From Octopus vulgaris (Eukaryota), in the NCBI GenBank assembly GCA_951406725.2, contig OX597824.1, positions 35,960,001 to 36,024,000 of the forward strand: a DNA stretch of 64,000 nt, given 5' to 3'. The notes under the pieces are model-generated. The model did not search any database, was not told where the DNA came from, and saw only the letters and a list, made by a program, of their open reading frames with translations. Shown piece by piece: positions 27,006 to 41,870 of this stretch. Every line of letters begins with the position of its first letter. Position 1 is the first letter of the stretch. The position numbers and the translations under genes are program-made.

Positions 27006-27235
27006 TCAATATTTCATCATTTTTTTTCTTATTGTTTATCCGCCACCAAGCTGAAACTTTCAGAACTGGTTGAAACTACTTTTCTTTACGTAAGTCGTTA
27101 ATTCTTTAGAGAAATCAATGACACTTGTATATTTTCCTTCTATTCACCATAATTTCTTCATTTATTTTTTATTCCTTCAACATGAAAATATTTCAATTTC
27201 CTGTTGAGCCCTTTCTCTTTCTATCTCACCCATTT

Positions 27236-27587
27236 ATCCTGGGCATGGATTCACTGAAGCTCCGGCGTTTGGCGACGGACTTGGTAAACACCCACAAAGT
27301 TATCAACCACCTCACCAACAACAACACTGAACACCTTTTTGATCTCCATGTGTCTAACACACGTGGACATGCCTACAAAGTCAGAAAACAATACAGCTCC
27401 CATGACTTTCGGAAACATTTTTTCACGCTCAGAGTTGCTGAAGCATGGAATAAACTGCCTGCGTCAGTTGTTGACTGCCATGACACTGCATCTTTTAAGG
27501 CCCTCATGCTTTCCGAAATCCGCCGAAACTTCACCTGATTATATATACACTTTAGATGAGTTGTAGTGCACCTGAGCACTGTACACA

Positions 27588-27632
<45 letters not shown>
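27236..27632 (+). mobile_element. CR1-like LINE 3' end with (ATT)n tail
   Basis: LGMDSLKLRRLATDL...NTRGHAYKV...FRKHFFTLRVAEAWNKLP...FK is a typical CR1-group ORF2 C-terminus. A short 3' UTR and a (tta)n tail follow. Confidence 0.85.
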
Positions 27633-27633
<1 letters not shown>

Positions 27634-27799
27634 CAATTTGACCCTCCACTAGAATATCAAGCTCACTACTTATTAACCTACCAACTTATTTTCCCTCGTT
27701 TATATTGCTTCAAGCCAGTTTATTGATAGACATCAGTCCTATCACAAAGTATACTACTTTATAAAATATATAAACAGTTATGGTTTCACATTTGACACA

Positions 27800-28180
27800 G
27801 ACCCAGCTGGTTTTGAAGGAAAGGGGAAGTCGATTACATTGACCCCATTGCTCAACTGGTACTTATTTTATTGACCCGGAAAAGATGAAAGGCAAAATCG
27901 ACCTCAGCGGAATTTGAACTCAAAACATAAAGACGGACGAAATACCTATTTCTTTACTACCCACAAGGGGCTAAACATGGAGGGACAAACAAGGACAGAC
28001 ATACGTATTAAGTCGATTACATCGACCCCAGTACGTTACTGGTACTTATTTATTCGACCCCGGAAGGAAGAAAGGCAAAGTCGACCTCGGCGGAATTTGA
28101 ACTCAGAACACAGCGGCGGACGAAATACCACTTAGCATTTTGTCCGGCGTGTTGACAGTCCTGCCAGCAAGCTCGCCGCT
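27800..28180 (-). mobile_element. SINE family B dimer
   Basis: A full copy followed by a 5'-truncated second unit. Confidence 0.85.
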
Positions 28181-29489
28181 TTTTATTCTTTTTTTTCTTT
28201 TTTTTGCTTCATAAGTTATTATAAAAGGAAGTTATTACAGATCTCTGATGTCCATTGAGTTTTCCACAGTGTGAAGAATTTGTTAAATAAATCTCCGAGT
28301 AAAGTAACTTTTCCAGAAAGTATTGCTATTGTTGTTGCTTAACCCAGTCAATTTTAATGGAGGAGACCAACAATCGAAGTCATTCCAGTCATGGTCACTA
28401 CATAGTGTGTAGTACTGTATGTACATAAGTGTTTCCCCCTTATTTGAAAGGCACAGTATCTGATTTGTAATCCCGAGCCCAGAAACAACGAAATACACAC
28501 AAGGAATTAGACCTCGTGGCATATGGTTGTACGGTCTACATTAAAAAGAAGACCGTACTACCGTTGTTTAATCTACCAGCATTTTCGGAATATTAAATAT
28601 TGCATAATTAAGAATTATGTGAATGATAGAACAACTTGGTCGCATTGCGAAGTTTCAAAAAGTAATTATTTTGTAGGATGTAGAAAATACTGAAACGCCA
28701 CTTTGAGAATATCCGTCACTTGTCCGGATACTTGATCTAAAGAAGATGATAGAATGGTAGTAACTTCACAAACGAAACTGACCATATGGACAAGTAGTCA
28801 TGTGACACTTGTCAACCACCCTTGGTGTAGCAGTAACAGTAACGACTCATCACCTTGTCTTTATTCTCCATCCTTGTCTACATCCAGCCGATTAAAACAA
28901 GTATCGGTGGTCAACCCACCTTACAGAGGTGTCAGGTGATGCTCGTGAGAGTGCTTAGCTGTTCCAAGTAAGCGGGGTGGCTTGCTTCAGTGGGTTCCGT
29001 TGAACCTTGTGGTGTGCGACCAATTGATGCACTTAGTGTGAATTGATGTTTTCTTTATTCCTCTTTTCCCTCTATTTCTACTCTTTTCTTTCTTCGCTTA
29101 TGCTTGCGTTTTCTTTGGTTTTGGATTTGTATTTTAATGTAGTTTTGTATTAAATATGCCTCATATACATACGTGTTGCATACTTGTAATAAACTAAAAA
29201 GAAATACTCGAATTTATGAAGGGTAACAAGTACAACCAATTCTTCCATAATTATAGATATTTATGATTTGTTGATTATTCTGTTGTAAAATTATTTATTT
29301 CCTTTTATTGATTTCTCATTCATATTTATGTTAAATAATACTGGTCCACAGAATTATAAGACACCTATCTATTCCCTCTTTATAATATTTTTGTGTCAGT
29401 AATATACCAGAACAAATTGAAAGAACAATTAAATAAATATATAAAAGACACTTGAAAGTCAGCTAAACAGAATATCATGCAATGTAAAA

Positions 29490-29550
29490 CATATACATAC
29501 ATACAAACATGCATACATACATGCATACATACATACATACATACATACAT

Positions 29551-29590
<40 letters not shown>

Positions 29591-29741
29591 ATACATACAC
29601 CCCCCCACACACAACAATACATGATATGTATATGTGTGTGCGTGTAAATGCATATATATATATATGGATACGTGTAACTATATATGTACATATATACATA
29701 CACACATATACATATGTGTGTGTGTGTATATACACACACAT

Positions 29742-29772
<31 letters not shown>

Positions 29773-29784
29773 AACATATGTGTA

Positions 29785-29838
<54 letters not shown>

Positions 29839-29852
29839 TGCATATATACGTA

Positions 29853-29899
<47 letters not shown>

Positions 29900-30168
29900 T
29901 ATATATGCATATGTATTTATGTGAATATATGCATATATATATAGATACACACACACATATATATATGTACATATACATATATATGCATATACATGTATAT
30001 ATATAATGTACATACATACACACACACATACATACATACATACATACATACATACATACATACATACATACATACATACATACATACATACATGTCTGTA
30101 TGTATGTATGTATGTATGTATGTATGTATGTATGTATGTATGTATGTATGTATGTATCTATGTATGTA
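29490..30168. repeat. Compound (CATA)n/(TA)n/(TG)n/(TATG)n microsatellite field
   Basis: Directly visible; the source of many spurious ORFs. Confidence 0.95.
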
Positions 30169-30329
30169 TGGGAAATCAATAAACTTTAAGTATAGAAGCC
30201 CATTTAGGTGTCGGGTAGACGTCTATCTACTTCTCAGATTCATCCGTAGAAATATCAGATCTAAAGAATGGTTTCGAAACGAATTATTCTTAACAAGATT
30301 AAAAGAAACAAAATCAATGATTTGCGTTT

Positions 30330-30681
30330 AGAAGCGGCAACGGCATCAGAACGGTTCGTATGATTGCCAACATATGGTCAGTTAAGGTGGGAGCCTCCCA
30401 CACAAAGTTCGTCGACGACGTTTCTGGGACGTTGTGTTGTCGTTGGCCAATAGTTTTGAACGCTGAGAGTAGTGTCCCCTAGACGACGCCCACCTCTGAA
30501 GCCAGCAGTTGGTCGAACCCTCGTCTTGCCATTGGCTTGCCGATTAAACCATCCGCGCACATCAAACAAACATACGAATTATTTCGCGCTAACTTACGAT
30601 ATTACAACAGCATCTCTCATCTTTAAGCGGGCCTTGTCGCTGCTCGACAGAAATGTAAGGTGTATTCGCTTACCTGGAGTC
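30330..30681 (+). promoter_or_regulatory. Putative promoter / 5' UTR of the acylphosphatase gene
   Basis: Non-repetitive CpG-enriched segment with CCAAT (30447-30451) and inverted ATTGG (30531-30535) immediately upstream of the ATG. Confidence 0.55.
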
Positions 30682-30733
30682 ATGGCAGGCAGTCTGCTTT
30701 CCGTGGATTTTGAGGTTTACGGCCAAGTTCAAG
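30682..30733 (+). CDS. ACYP: Acylphosphatase, first coding exon (MAGSLLSVDFEVYGQVQ-G, phase 1)
   Basis: The translation matches the acylphosphatase N-terminus (cf. vertebrate SVDYEVFGRVQGV). It ends at the donor CAAG|GTAGGT exactly where the similarity stops. Confidence 0.88.
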
Positions 30734-30940
30734 GTAGGTACCTGTTACCGATTCTAACAAGTTGTATATATCTACACACAAGCATCAGTTTGTTTGCTTG
30801 TATCACCGTAAACACATCTGTTTTCGCTAAGTACTGCAACGCAAACATGGAAAAGGCTTCCCATTTGTTTGCGAATTGAAAATCAATCGGCATCTTTCAT
30901 TGTCATTTTATCTGTCATTCCTGGGAGAATAAAAACCCAC

Positions 30941-31039
<99 letters not shown>

Positions 31040-32253
31040 TAACAATCAACAGATTTTTTTTTAAATTTCTGTATATTAAGTATGTGCGAGTGGGGGTGTT
31101 AAGTGAGGAATTCTATAAATCGATTATTATTCATTCAAGTTTAAATAAAAATTGTAAACAGCTCTAAGTATTTTCTATGTTGAGAAGAACTGACAGAAGT
31201 GAGCAGTCAATGAAATGAAGAGCGAAAGTTTCGCTGTCCATGTTGTATCTCGATAAGCCATCATCTTGCCGTCTGGTTTGCGTGGACGCCTTAAGCAACA
31301 CGCAGTTTTTCTCTCTCGCAGATTTTAAAATTTTAATTATTTTCAGAATGATTCCTAGTTGTGACACTCATTGTATCTCAATTCAATGAAACAAATTCAA
31401 AATATAAGCTTTCTCTGCCTGTTTCAGCGAAACATATGGTACCGTGTAGTTTGGTGATATCTGATCCTGCACACTTCATCACCTCCATCATCTCCTCGTT
31501 CTGTTCTGTTCTGCTCTGTTCTGTTCTTATAATCTATCTCCCTCTCTATCTATCTGTCTCTGCTGCTGTCGCCGTCACCTTGATGTGACACATTCTCGCA
31601 GATGTAGTTTTTCTTTCTCCGTGTGTCATTGTTTCTTTTTCATCTCTTACTCTATCCGATTGCTATCCTTCTCGTCTCTTCTTACCTGCTCTTTCTATTT
31701 TGCGAGTAGCGAACACATATTGGTAGTAGCGAGTTGTTTTGTACGAAGATGGAAAGAAAAAAGTAGTATCGATGAGGAAACAAACAAAAGAAAAGAATGG
31801 ATGAAGGGAAGAAAGAAAGAAAGTAAGAAAGAAAGGTAAAAATCTCCAGAGATAAGAAGCGGCGTTGGGGAAAATGGAAAAGACAGAACGGCTGATGAGA
31901 ATGAGAGAAGAGAAAGGGAATTTTACTGCTTGGTGGAGAAGATCAGGATGATAAAACTGTTGTCGATCATTGATAGTGGAGAGAGAATTCATAAATAAAT
32001 ATCTATATATAGACAGAGAAACTATAGAAGGAGATTTCCCACTACCAAATAATCAAACAATATTACAGAGAGATCCTTAGAACAGTAGAATAAGTTGGCT
32101 AAACTAGACGCATTCATTGATTGCTAAAGTAATGATGTCATCTTTCTTTATAACTTGCCTTTTGCCCCGAAACCAACTCTCTTTATTCCATAGAATACAA
32201 CAAGCAAACTACGAAAAACCAAAAATAATAATAATATTGATTATTATTATTAC

Positions 32254-32307
<54 letters not shown>

Positions 32308-32487
32308 GAGAGAATAATAAGATATTCAGTATTAGAAAAAATTATCCACATACACACACACGAGAACACGCACGCGTACACTCACATATACATACATACA
32401 TACATACATACATACATACATACATACATACATACATACATACATACATACATGTAAATACACCCACGCATACACTTATATATTTCC

Positions 32488-32529
<42 letters not shown>

Positions 32530-32949
32530 CTGTGTATGTATGTATGTATGTATGTATGTATGTATGTATGTATGTATGTATGTATGTATGTATGCATGTA
32601 TATATGCCTGTACGTATATATGTATATATGTATGTATACACACATATGTATGCATTTGTGTATGTGCATTGTGCATATATATATATGTATATAGATTATA
32701 GGTATACATATAATATATATAGATGCATACACACACGCATGTATTTATATGTGCATATATATGCGTGAGTATGAGTGAGTGTGCATGCATAAATATGTAT
32801 GTGTGTATGTATTATGTGTGTGCATGAATATATATACATATATATATATCTATATCTGTGTGTGTGTGTACATATATATATGAGTATGTACATATGTGTG
32901 TTTGTGTATATGTATGTTTGTATTTACATGTATGTATATATGTATGTAT

Positions 32950-33300
32950 TTATTTCATTCTTCTAAACTGTGGCCATGCTGGGTTACTGCCGTTATTATT
33001 GCTATTATTTCTTTAAATCTCCTTCTGTGGTGTTCACACCGCTACTTTCTCTTAGATTTCTGGCCCTGTACTTTCCGTCCGTTTGGCATCAGAGATGGTA
33101 TCATGTCCAGCGATTATCATTTAAATCCAGTCGCATCTAATCCATTTGTATCTCTCAGATATTTAGACATGATTTTGAAAAGCTGTGGGCCTTTCCGCCC
33201 GAAGTTGTTTTAGCAGCATCGAGTTAGTGGTAGCTCGGGATGGGAAGGACTGTTGGTACCATACAGTGGAGTCCAGTTTGGGGATTGCAAAGTTTGGTGG
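32950..33300 (-). mobile_element. Decayed 3' end of the same CR1-group LINE family as 44001-46796
   Basis: NNFGRKGPQLFKI compared with CNSLGFRGPQLFNI; tail cagcatggccacagt. Confidence 0.65.
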
Positions 33301-33466
33301 CGATAGACATTCGACGACCTATGCATGCACGACCTACGAACGCACGCACATGCACACACGCATGCACACATACACAGACAGGCACATGCACACACACGAG
33401 TGTGCATGCATCTCATACGTACAAATGCATATAAAGACATACATATACATATATATAGATACAGTC

Positions 33467-33503
<37 letters not shown>

Positions 33504-33875
33504 CATATGCGCATATATGTATGCACACGCGAGCACATACGCGCACACACACATACGCACACACACGTACGCAGGACGAAGCTTAGCAGGCCGGAATCCC
33601 GAAGTCTCTTGTCACCATCTAACAAATATGTAGAATAGAAAACTTACCGATGAATTCTTCAGTTTAATGTGAAATTCTTTTTATTATAACTTGGCATACA
33701 CACAAACACTAATACATACATACATACATACATACATACATACATACATACATACATACATACATACATACATACATACATACATACATACATACTTGTA
33801 TACACACATACATTATATATATATATAGGCCTTTTCTCCACTAAATTCTTTGAGTCTATGTAATCAGAGTAATTT

Positions 33876-33912
<37 letters not shown>

Positions 33913-34067
33913 TAGCTAGATAGATAGATACAAACATCCATCCATACATACATACACATACATACATACATACATACATACATACATACATACATACACA
34001 CACTCACACACATACATACATACACATACATACATACATACATACATACATACATACATACATACAT

Positions 34068-34098
<31 letters not shown>

Positions 34099-34119
34099 TA
34101 TATACATGGTAAAGCTTAT

Positions 34120-34540
34120 CTCATCTGTCTTCGCTCCAAATTTTAGTTCTTTCAGCCTCTTCCAGTCGTTTGCATTGAAGCTATTTTTCTCGGTGCTTCA
34201 GCGCTGGATTGTAACACTGTGGATGTAACACTGTGTTGCCACCATAGTTGAGAACAATAGTCCAGACAATTGAGAACAAAGGTCTTTTTACAGGCCCAGC
34301 ATAATCTTTTGTCCTGAATGATCCTGGCAGTTGTTTTCACATTGTTGCCATCTTCGAAATTGACTCGTGAAGCGATGCATCATTACTTGTATTGATCTGC
34401 AGATCATTGACTAATTGTGAGTCTGGGATGCAATCATTCTTGCTTCTGTGCATTCTGATTGTGATGTATTCGCTGTTGATAGCGAAGTGCTTGAAACTTT
34501 CCAGCATTGACTTGCATGCTAGGTTTTTTTCCAGCCTTCT
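34120..34540 (-). pseudogene. CR1-group LINE RT fragment
   Basis: MQVNAGKFQALRY matches MQFNAGKFQALRY in the 44800 ORF. Confidence 0.7.
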
Positions 34541-35334
34541 TGTATATTGCCTTTGATCCAGTAGTATCCATACGGCTTTTTACCATACGGCTTCTTGCCT
34601 CAGTTTCCTGGTTCTGGCAAGGCAACCAGCCTCCTCCTTTTGCAATCGGGTTTAGTACCATCATTGGCGGAGTTTGGGACCGTCTTTGGTGGAATAACAT
34701 CACCAGGGACCGGCATCCAGTGACACCCACAGCAGCATATTGGTTGAGAGGACAGCTTCCCACTCCGGTCGCCAGCTTGGGATTGAAGAAGAAATTACCT
34801 TTAGGTCTTGCTGTAAGTTTGTGATATGAACTGGGTTTTTGATTACATTCGTATTATCAGCAGTTCTGTGAGTTAGGGTTATGGTTAAGGCAGCCGCTGT
34901 CTGAGGGTATATCTCAGAAAGCTACAAGGAACAGCAATGGTTCCAGGGTAGAACCGTGAGAAGTTCTGCTCAAAATTAGAGTTTCCTGTGAGAGTACAAT
35001 ATGTGCGTGAATGTGTGTGTGAGCATATGTGTGTGTGTGTGTTTGTGTGAGTGTGTGCGTGCATGTATTTGTGAATCGTCAAAGCTTCGGACTATACACT
35101 TTGCAGCAAAATATTTGAAGCCTTTTTCCCTCCTGTAATCAAGTCCCGCCGAGTTCCAATTTGTCTTTCATCTTTCCAAGCGAGATGAGGAATGAACCAG
35201 TCTAGTGTTGAAGGTCAATGTAACCGACTACACCCTTTCGATCAATATGGTTGGTTGGTTGCTTGCTTGGTTATCCGTTGATGGATTGCAGAAAGGTCAA
35301 CCAATTGATTCTACTTACCTCCTCAAGTTCGTAG

Positions 35335-35414
<80 letters not shown>

Positions 35415-35449
35415 TAATAATAATCATAATAATAATAAGAGTAATCTTT

Positions 35450-35850
35450 TCTGCTATAGGCACAAGGCCTGAAATTTTTTCGGGAAGGGGACAGTCGATT
35501 ACATCGACCCCAGTGCTTGACTGTTACTCTTTTCATCGACCCCGAAACGATAAAAAAGCAAAGTCGACCCAAGGAAATTTCAACTCGGAACGTAAAGACG
35601 CTAAGCGTTTTTCTCGACGTGCTGACAGTTCTGCCAGTTCAGCGTCTTCATTGATTTCGAATTTTGGCATAAGGCCAACCATTTAGCGGGAGGGATAAGC
35701 CAATTTACATCGACTCCAATGCTCAACTGGTACTTATTTTATTAAGTCCGAAAGGATGAAAGGCAAAGTCGACCACGGTGGCATTTGAAGTCAGAACGTT
35801 AAGATGGACTAACTGCCGCAAAGCATTGGCCCGGCGTGCTAACGATTCTA
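35450..35850 (-). mobile_element. Two degenerate SINE family B copies
   Basis: gtcgattacatcgaccccagtgc and gaaaggatgaaaggcaaagtcgacc motifs. Confidence 0.75.
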
Positions 35851-36046
35851 CATATCTATGTCTCACTATCTTTCTATCTCTCTCTCTCTCTCTCTCTCTC
35901 ACTACAAACACACGCGCACACACACATACATACATACCATCCGACAATGGCTTAGCAGGTCAAAAACTTCGAAGGCACTGTCAACGGCATTCTTGTTGAA
36001 GAATAAGAAATTTCCGGACAATGGACATGAGTTAGAATAAATTTCT

Positions 36047-36154
<108 letters not shown>

Positions 36155-36423
36155 ACTTAATTGTAATTCGAGTTTAATTGTAACCATGAAACGTACGTAG
36201 TTTTTTTTTACTTATTATATATTGATCATTCATTTTTATACTTATATATATATATATATATATATAAATTAGAGATAAAACCACTATTATGCAACTCACA
36301 CAGTGATAGACATAAACTAAAACATAAATAACAAATAATATATATTTTTAAAAACATATGACTAGATCTTTATATATATATATTTTTTCTCTCCTTCTTT
36401 CTGTGTTTTTTTTTCTCTGTGTA

Positions 36424-36461
36424 TCTTTCTGTTGAAGAGCGTAGGCTCGAAACGTTAAAGA
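36424..36461 (+). ncRNA. Minimal type I hammerhead-ribozyme-like motif in a PLE-type unit (~36385-36590)
   Basis: tcttt-CTGTTGA-a-gagc.gtag.gctc-GAAAC-GTT-aaaga, with a palindromic AACGTT in place of helix III and one core variant (CUGUUGA). Confidence 0.6.
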
Positions 36462-36712
36462 CTTGTTTTATTTATATTTCCTGAGCGCCATACTAATACA
36501 ATTGTTTGTTTGTATTCCATCTGCCTTCGTCTTTTGTTTATTTCCGTAAACCTGCCTTCGTCTTTTGTCTATTTTCATAAAGCTTCCCGTTATATATATA
36601 TATATATACTGCTATTTGGCGAAGGTCAATACTATTTGAACTAATCTATACTCAACGGTATTTTAATCCTGTCCCTCTCGTCTATTTCGTGTATCTTTGT
36701 GTGTGTGAGTGT

Positions 36713-36783
<71 letters not shown>

Positions 36784-37645
36784 TATTATCACTTTTTAAG
36801 ATTGCTGGATGTGATTTGAGTAAGATTTGCGTATTATTTCTAGCAGTGCGAGTCACCATGCATGTTTATTCGTTCGTTAATATATATTTGTAGGAGGGTG
36901 TGTGTGTGTATGTATAAATGTATGCATGGTTAAAGAATTTAAAATATAGTGAATTCTTAGCCTCAGAAAATATTTAAAACATAATAAAAAAAATTATAGA
37001 TTTGTGAAACTTATTGGAACTTATATGTGAACAGGGAGAATAACTAAAGGTTATGATTATTAAAGATGAATGGGAGATGTTCATTGTAGGTGAAATAAAA
37101 TAGATATTGGAAAAATAAAACGATTACTCTAACAATCACGAGAAATCGATAATATAAGACAATGATTTGATAAAAATCACATAATAAATATATTGCATAA
37201 AAAGTTTTAAGAATAATATAATCGAATAACTATAATACAATAAAGATGTAAGGGTGGTATAATGTTGTCGTATCGAGGTGCGGGAATGTTACAAGGAAGA
37301 TACGTGGAAAATAGTTCACGGGGGAAAATGCTTGAAAAGGAGAAAATGAGAAAGAAAGACATCAGAAGCAAACGCAAGAAAGAAAAAAATTATCTGGAAA
37401 TACATGGATGTGTGGAAAATAGGTGGAACGTAGAGGGGAAATATAAGAATGGATGTATGAGAGAGAGAAAGAGAGAGTTGTGTAGAAGAGACAGGGAGTT
37501 ATAGTGCGTGGTGGTGGAGGTAAAAGATAATGGAGATGAAAGAAAATGAAAATAGAATGGCAGCCTATGTGAGTGGATGGGAGGTGGGCACAGAATAAGG
37601 GTTTGCAAGGTAGGAGAAATACGTGTGTGTGTGTGTGTGTGTGTA

Positions 37646-37699
<54 letters not shown>

Positions 37700-38172
37700 G
37701 TGTAGAGGAGGGGCTTGTACGTGGTAGTGGGGATAGAGTTAACGGTAGTTTACAAGGAACTATTGGTGAGTGTGGATGTTGTACGCAGGGAATGTGCGTG
37801 TGTGTGGTGTACGCAGGGAATGTGTGTGTGTGTCTGTGTGTCTGTGTGTGTCTGTGTGTGTGCACGTGCGTGTGTGCTTGTGTATGTGTATGCAGTTGGA
37901 TTGGAGACAATTGGTGCACAGTGGGAGGGGACGTCCAGTTAGGAGAAGTGTTATAGATTTTGAAGTAGCTTTAAATTTAAAAAAAATTATTATTACAAAA
38001 GAAACAAAAAAAAAGATTTTCGGATCATCTGTTGAATAGATGTTCATTGACCTGATTATATGTGAAAGTCCTCTGCCAAACACAGCCCACACTTCTTGTA
38101 TCCCGTTTCTAGTGAGTATCTTTTAATTTGGACGTTATGGTAGATTATTGCTTTGACCTCCTAACATACACA

Positions 38173-38228
<56 letters not shown>

Positions 38229-38673
38229 CATATCTATGTATGTTTGTATGTATGTATGTATAGTTATAATAATAGTAATAATTTCCATTGGTGAAAATTG
38301 ATAAACATACTTTAATTATACATTCGCTGCTTCCAACATTAATGCCATATCGCCCGAGGAAACGAATACATGAGCTACGATCCATCCGATGTCAATGGAT
38401 ACTATAAACTGTACTGTAATCATCCCAGGAATACGGACTATGATCATAAGGATCATGTTATTTATGGAAACGTGCGTGGCAATACATTAAAATGTTTATA
38501 AATTCCATCCATGGATTATTATCATTATTACTGTATTTATCCTACATAGCTCGGTGCAACCCCATAAACATGCTATTGCCAGTCGGTACCATTAGGCTGT
38601 AGCTGACAGAATAGAATATTAGGTGCTTTTATATGCATACTCAAATAGGTTTCTCGTAAACGAACTTAAAGGA

Positions 38674-38704
<31 letters not shown>

Positions 38705-38796
38705 ATATAACAAATGGATGTCTTATAAAACTATTCCGTACGTACAATAACAGCCATACCAACAATTCAAGTCCATACATATGTGTGTGTGTATGT

Positions 38797-38852
<56 letters not shown>

Positions 38853-39066
38853 CCATGAAACGTACGTAGTTTTTTTTAATTAATATATTATATATTGATC
38901 ATTCATTTTTATACTTTTTGAGATCTAGTTATAAGTTATATGTTTTATAAAGATATATATTATTTGTTATTTATGTATTGGTTTATGTCAATACATTTTT
39001 GAATTGCATAATAGTGGTTTTATCTCTAATTTATATTATACATACATACATACATACATACATACA

Positions 39067-39168
<102 letters not shown>

Positions 39169-39349
39169 GATATACATATATATATATAGTAGAATAAGAA
39201 ATAAAATATCTTTGGTACCGTTTTGTATATTAATAAAATTGAATAGAAATGGCTTTCTGATAATTTTCCCACTTTAATACTTAGCTTTTAATTATTAAAG
39301 TGGAAAAATTATCAGAAAAGCCATTTCTATTAATTTTTTTTCAAACACA

Positions 39350-39387
<38 letters not shown>

Positions 39388-39389
39388 AT

Positions 39390-40470
39390 GTCCCAAAATT
39401 AAGGCAACCAACTTTTCCCAATAATGCCAAACCAAAATATTGTTATATTTCGGGTCCTAGCCTTGCAATGCAATGGTAAAGGAAGCACAACTATGACACT
39501 ACCACATTTATTCCATATAACAACCTCTGTTTCAAATCACAGCCTTAAGTCTAGGTGCAAATGCTTCACACGCGGGATGCAGCTATTCTTACGGAATCGA
39601 AGTCCATTCCTGGCGCAGTTTGGACTTCAGAGCGTCGAGCGAAGCATGAAGAGGAATGCTCGAGACCCTTGTCTCTAATATGGACCAAACAGAAAAATCC
39701 AACAGTTTAAGATCGAGGCTTCTTGAGGGCCATATATCCTTGCCTATGAACGACGGAATATTTTTTTCTGGATGTAATGTTGTGTCTGTGGCTATGGGAT
39801 AGTGCCGAGTCCTGCTGGAGTCTCCAAGGTGCACTTTGAAAGTGCTCAATCGCCCATGGAAGCAGTTCAGCTTCCAGAATGTTGCTAATGTATCGCTGGG
39901 TCTTAATTTTAACACTCGAGGGCACAAAAACAAGCGGAGACATTCCAGTGGCTGTGACAGCCGCCGAAACCATAACTGACAGTGGATTTTAACGTCGATA
40001 TACGAGTTTACCCACGACGAAGCCAAATACACTCTAAAGTCGGTCATTCTGATGGTTTACTGTGTGTCTGATGACAAATTGCTTTTCATCAGAGAACACC
40101 AGGTTGGGCAATGTGCCTTCAGCAATTTGACGCAAGGCAAGACAACTTCTCTCCAGTCACATGGCCTTAAAAACTTGCGTGAGCTCATAGCGACGGATCG
40201 TCTCGTAGCGGTGGGTCTTGAGATCCTCCTTCAGCACTCGATACATCGCTGTTCGGAGTACTTTTGCTGTGGCAGCCAGTTTTTCTGACGAAACAACGAG
40301 TATTTCGCCGTAGCTTTTTCGGCCACGCCCAGGTGGATAAGCGGTGAAACCAATCTTTTGAAATTTCTTGATAATTTTTCAGACTGTTTTTTTTTGCTAT
40401 AACTGTATTACTTTCGCCTTCTTTATGGAGGGTTATAATTGTGTTTCGGTCTATAGTCATTATCTAATTT
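39390..40470 (-). pseudogene. Tc1-like transposase pseudogene
   Basis: MTIDRNTIITLHKEGESNTVIAKK (HTH), MVSAAVTATGMSPLVFV, QQDSALSH, WPSRSLDLKLLDFSVWSILE, with frameshifts. Confidence 0.88.
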
Positions 40471-40921
40471 ATAAATCTGAATTTATAAATTAGACTGCTT
40501 ACATACACACAACTTACACACAACCCGCACACACACACACATAGACAAACACACACATGAAAGGCGAACTGGCAGAATCGTTCGGATTTCAGGCAAAATG
40601 CTTAGCGGCGTTTCGCCCGTCTTTACCTTTTGAGTTCAAATTCTGCTGAGGTCGACCTTGTGTGAGACAGAGGAAGTATAGAGGAACAAAAACCTCTTTT
40701 CCTCGTGTTCTACAACCTTGTAAAGAGGTTTGCAAAGAAGAGTGTTTGATTGAGGCAGTAGGGTTGGAAATCTAATGTGTATAGTCAGCATGGACGACAA
40801 ATAGACAAAACTATCAAGTAAAATGCTATTGAAAATAAAACCATCTATGTTACCTTTCTTACTGAGAACAGCGTACGATGAGTTTTCTTCGGTGGACAAT
40901 ATTAGAGTGTGAAGTAACATA

Positions 40922-41130
40922 GTGAGCTGGCAGAATCGTTAGCACATCGGGCAAAATGCTCTGCGGCATTTCGCCCGTCTTTACGTTCTGAGTTCAAATT
41001 TCGCCGCGGTCGACTTTGCCTTTCATCCTTTCGAGATCGATAAAATAAGTACCAGTTGAGCACTGGGGTCGATGTAATCGACTTAGTCCCTCCTCTAAAC
41101 CTGCTGACCTTGTGCCAAAATTGGAAATCA
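40922..41130 (+). mobile_element. SINE family B
   Basis: Head, B box gagttcaaatt and core gcctttcatcctttcgagatcgataaaataagtaccag. Confidence 0.85.
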
Positions 41131-41451
41131 ATATTAGAGAGCAGAGTTGGAATGACATGGTTGGATGCCGTCGGTGTAGAAGTTATGCGCCGTCGGAGCA
41201 TGTAAGTCATCAGTTCAGTTCTGAAGTATTTCTTGTGGCATAACCAATTCCTGGATACCCTTTTTTTTTGTATGGGACACTAAAACAGAAATACAGCAGC
41301 AGGGTCAGTATGAAATAAAGACTAACACTTAGTTGCATCCTGTTGTTTGCCACAAGGAGGATGAGAAAATACAATACGGACGAGTAAATAAAGAATAAGC
41401 CAAACCCCAGACTTCTGCAAGGGGCTAATCAGCTACAAAACACAGATGGAA

Positions 41452-41870
41452 GGTGGCGAGCTGACAGAAACGTTAGCACGCTGGGCGAAATGATTAGCAG
41501 TATTTCGTCTGCCGCTACGTTCTGAGTTCAAATTCCGCCGAGGTCAACTTTGCCTTCCATCCTTTCGGAGTCGATAAATTAAGTACCAGTTACGCACTGG
41601 CTCGATTTAATCGACTTAATCCGTTTGCCTGTCCTTGTTTGTCCTCTATGTGTTTAGCCCCTTGTGGGCAATAAAGAAATATATATTTTGTCTGCCGTTA
41701 CGTTCTGAGTTCAAATTCCGCCGAGGTCAACTTTGCCTTCCATCTTTTCGGAGTCGATAAATTAAGTACCAGTTACGCACTGGAGTCGATGTAATCGACT
41801 TAATCCGTTTGTCTATCCTTGTTTGTCCCCTCTATGTTTAACCCCTTGTTGGCAATAAAGAAATAAGAAA
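41452..41870 (+). mobile_element. SINE family B dimer (full copy plus 5'-truncated copy)
   Basis: Two near-identical core and tail units, joined at ~41682. Confidence 0.9.

Noticed and set aside
30472-30879. 135-aa ORF as a complete gene
   Set aside because: Only 30682-30733 resembles acylphosphatase, and it ends at a splice donor. The rest is UTR or intron read-through.
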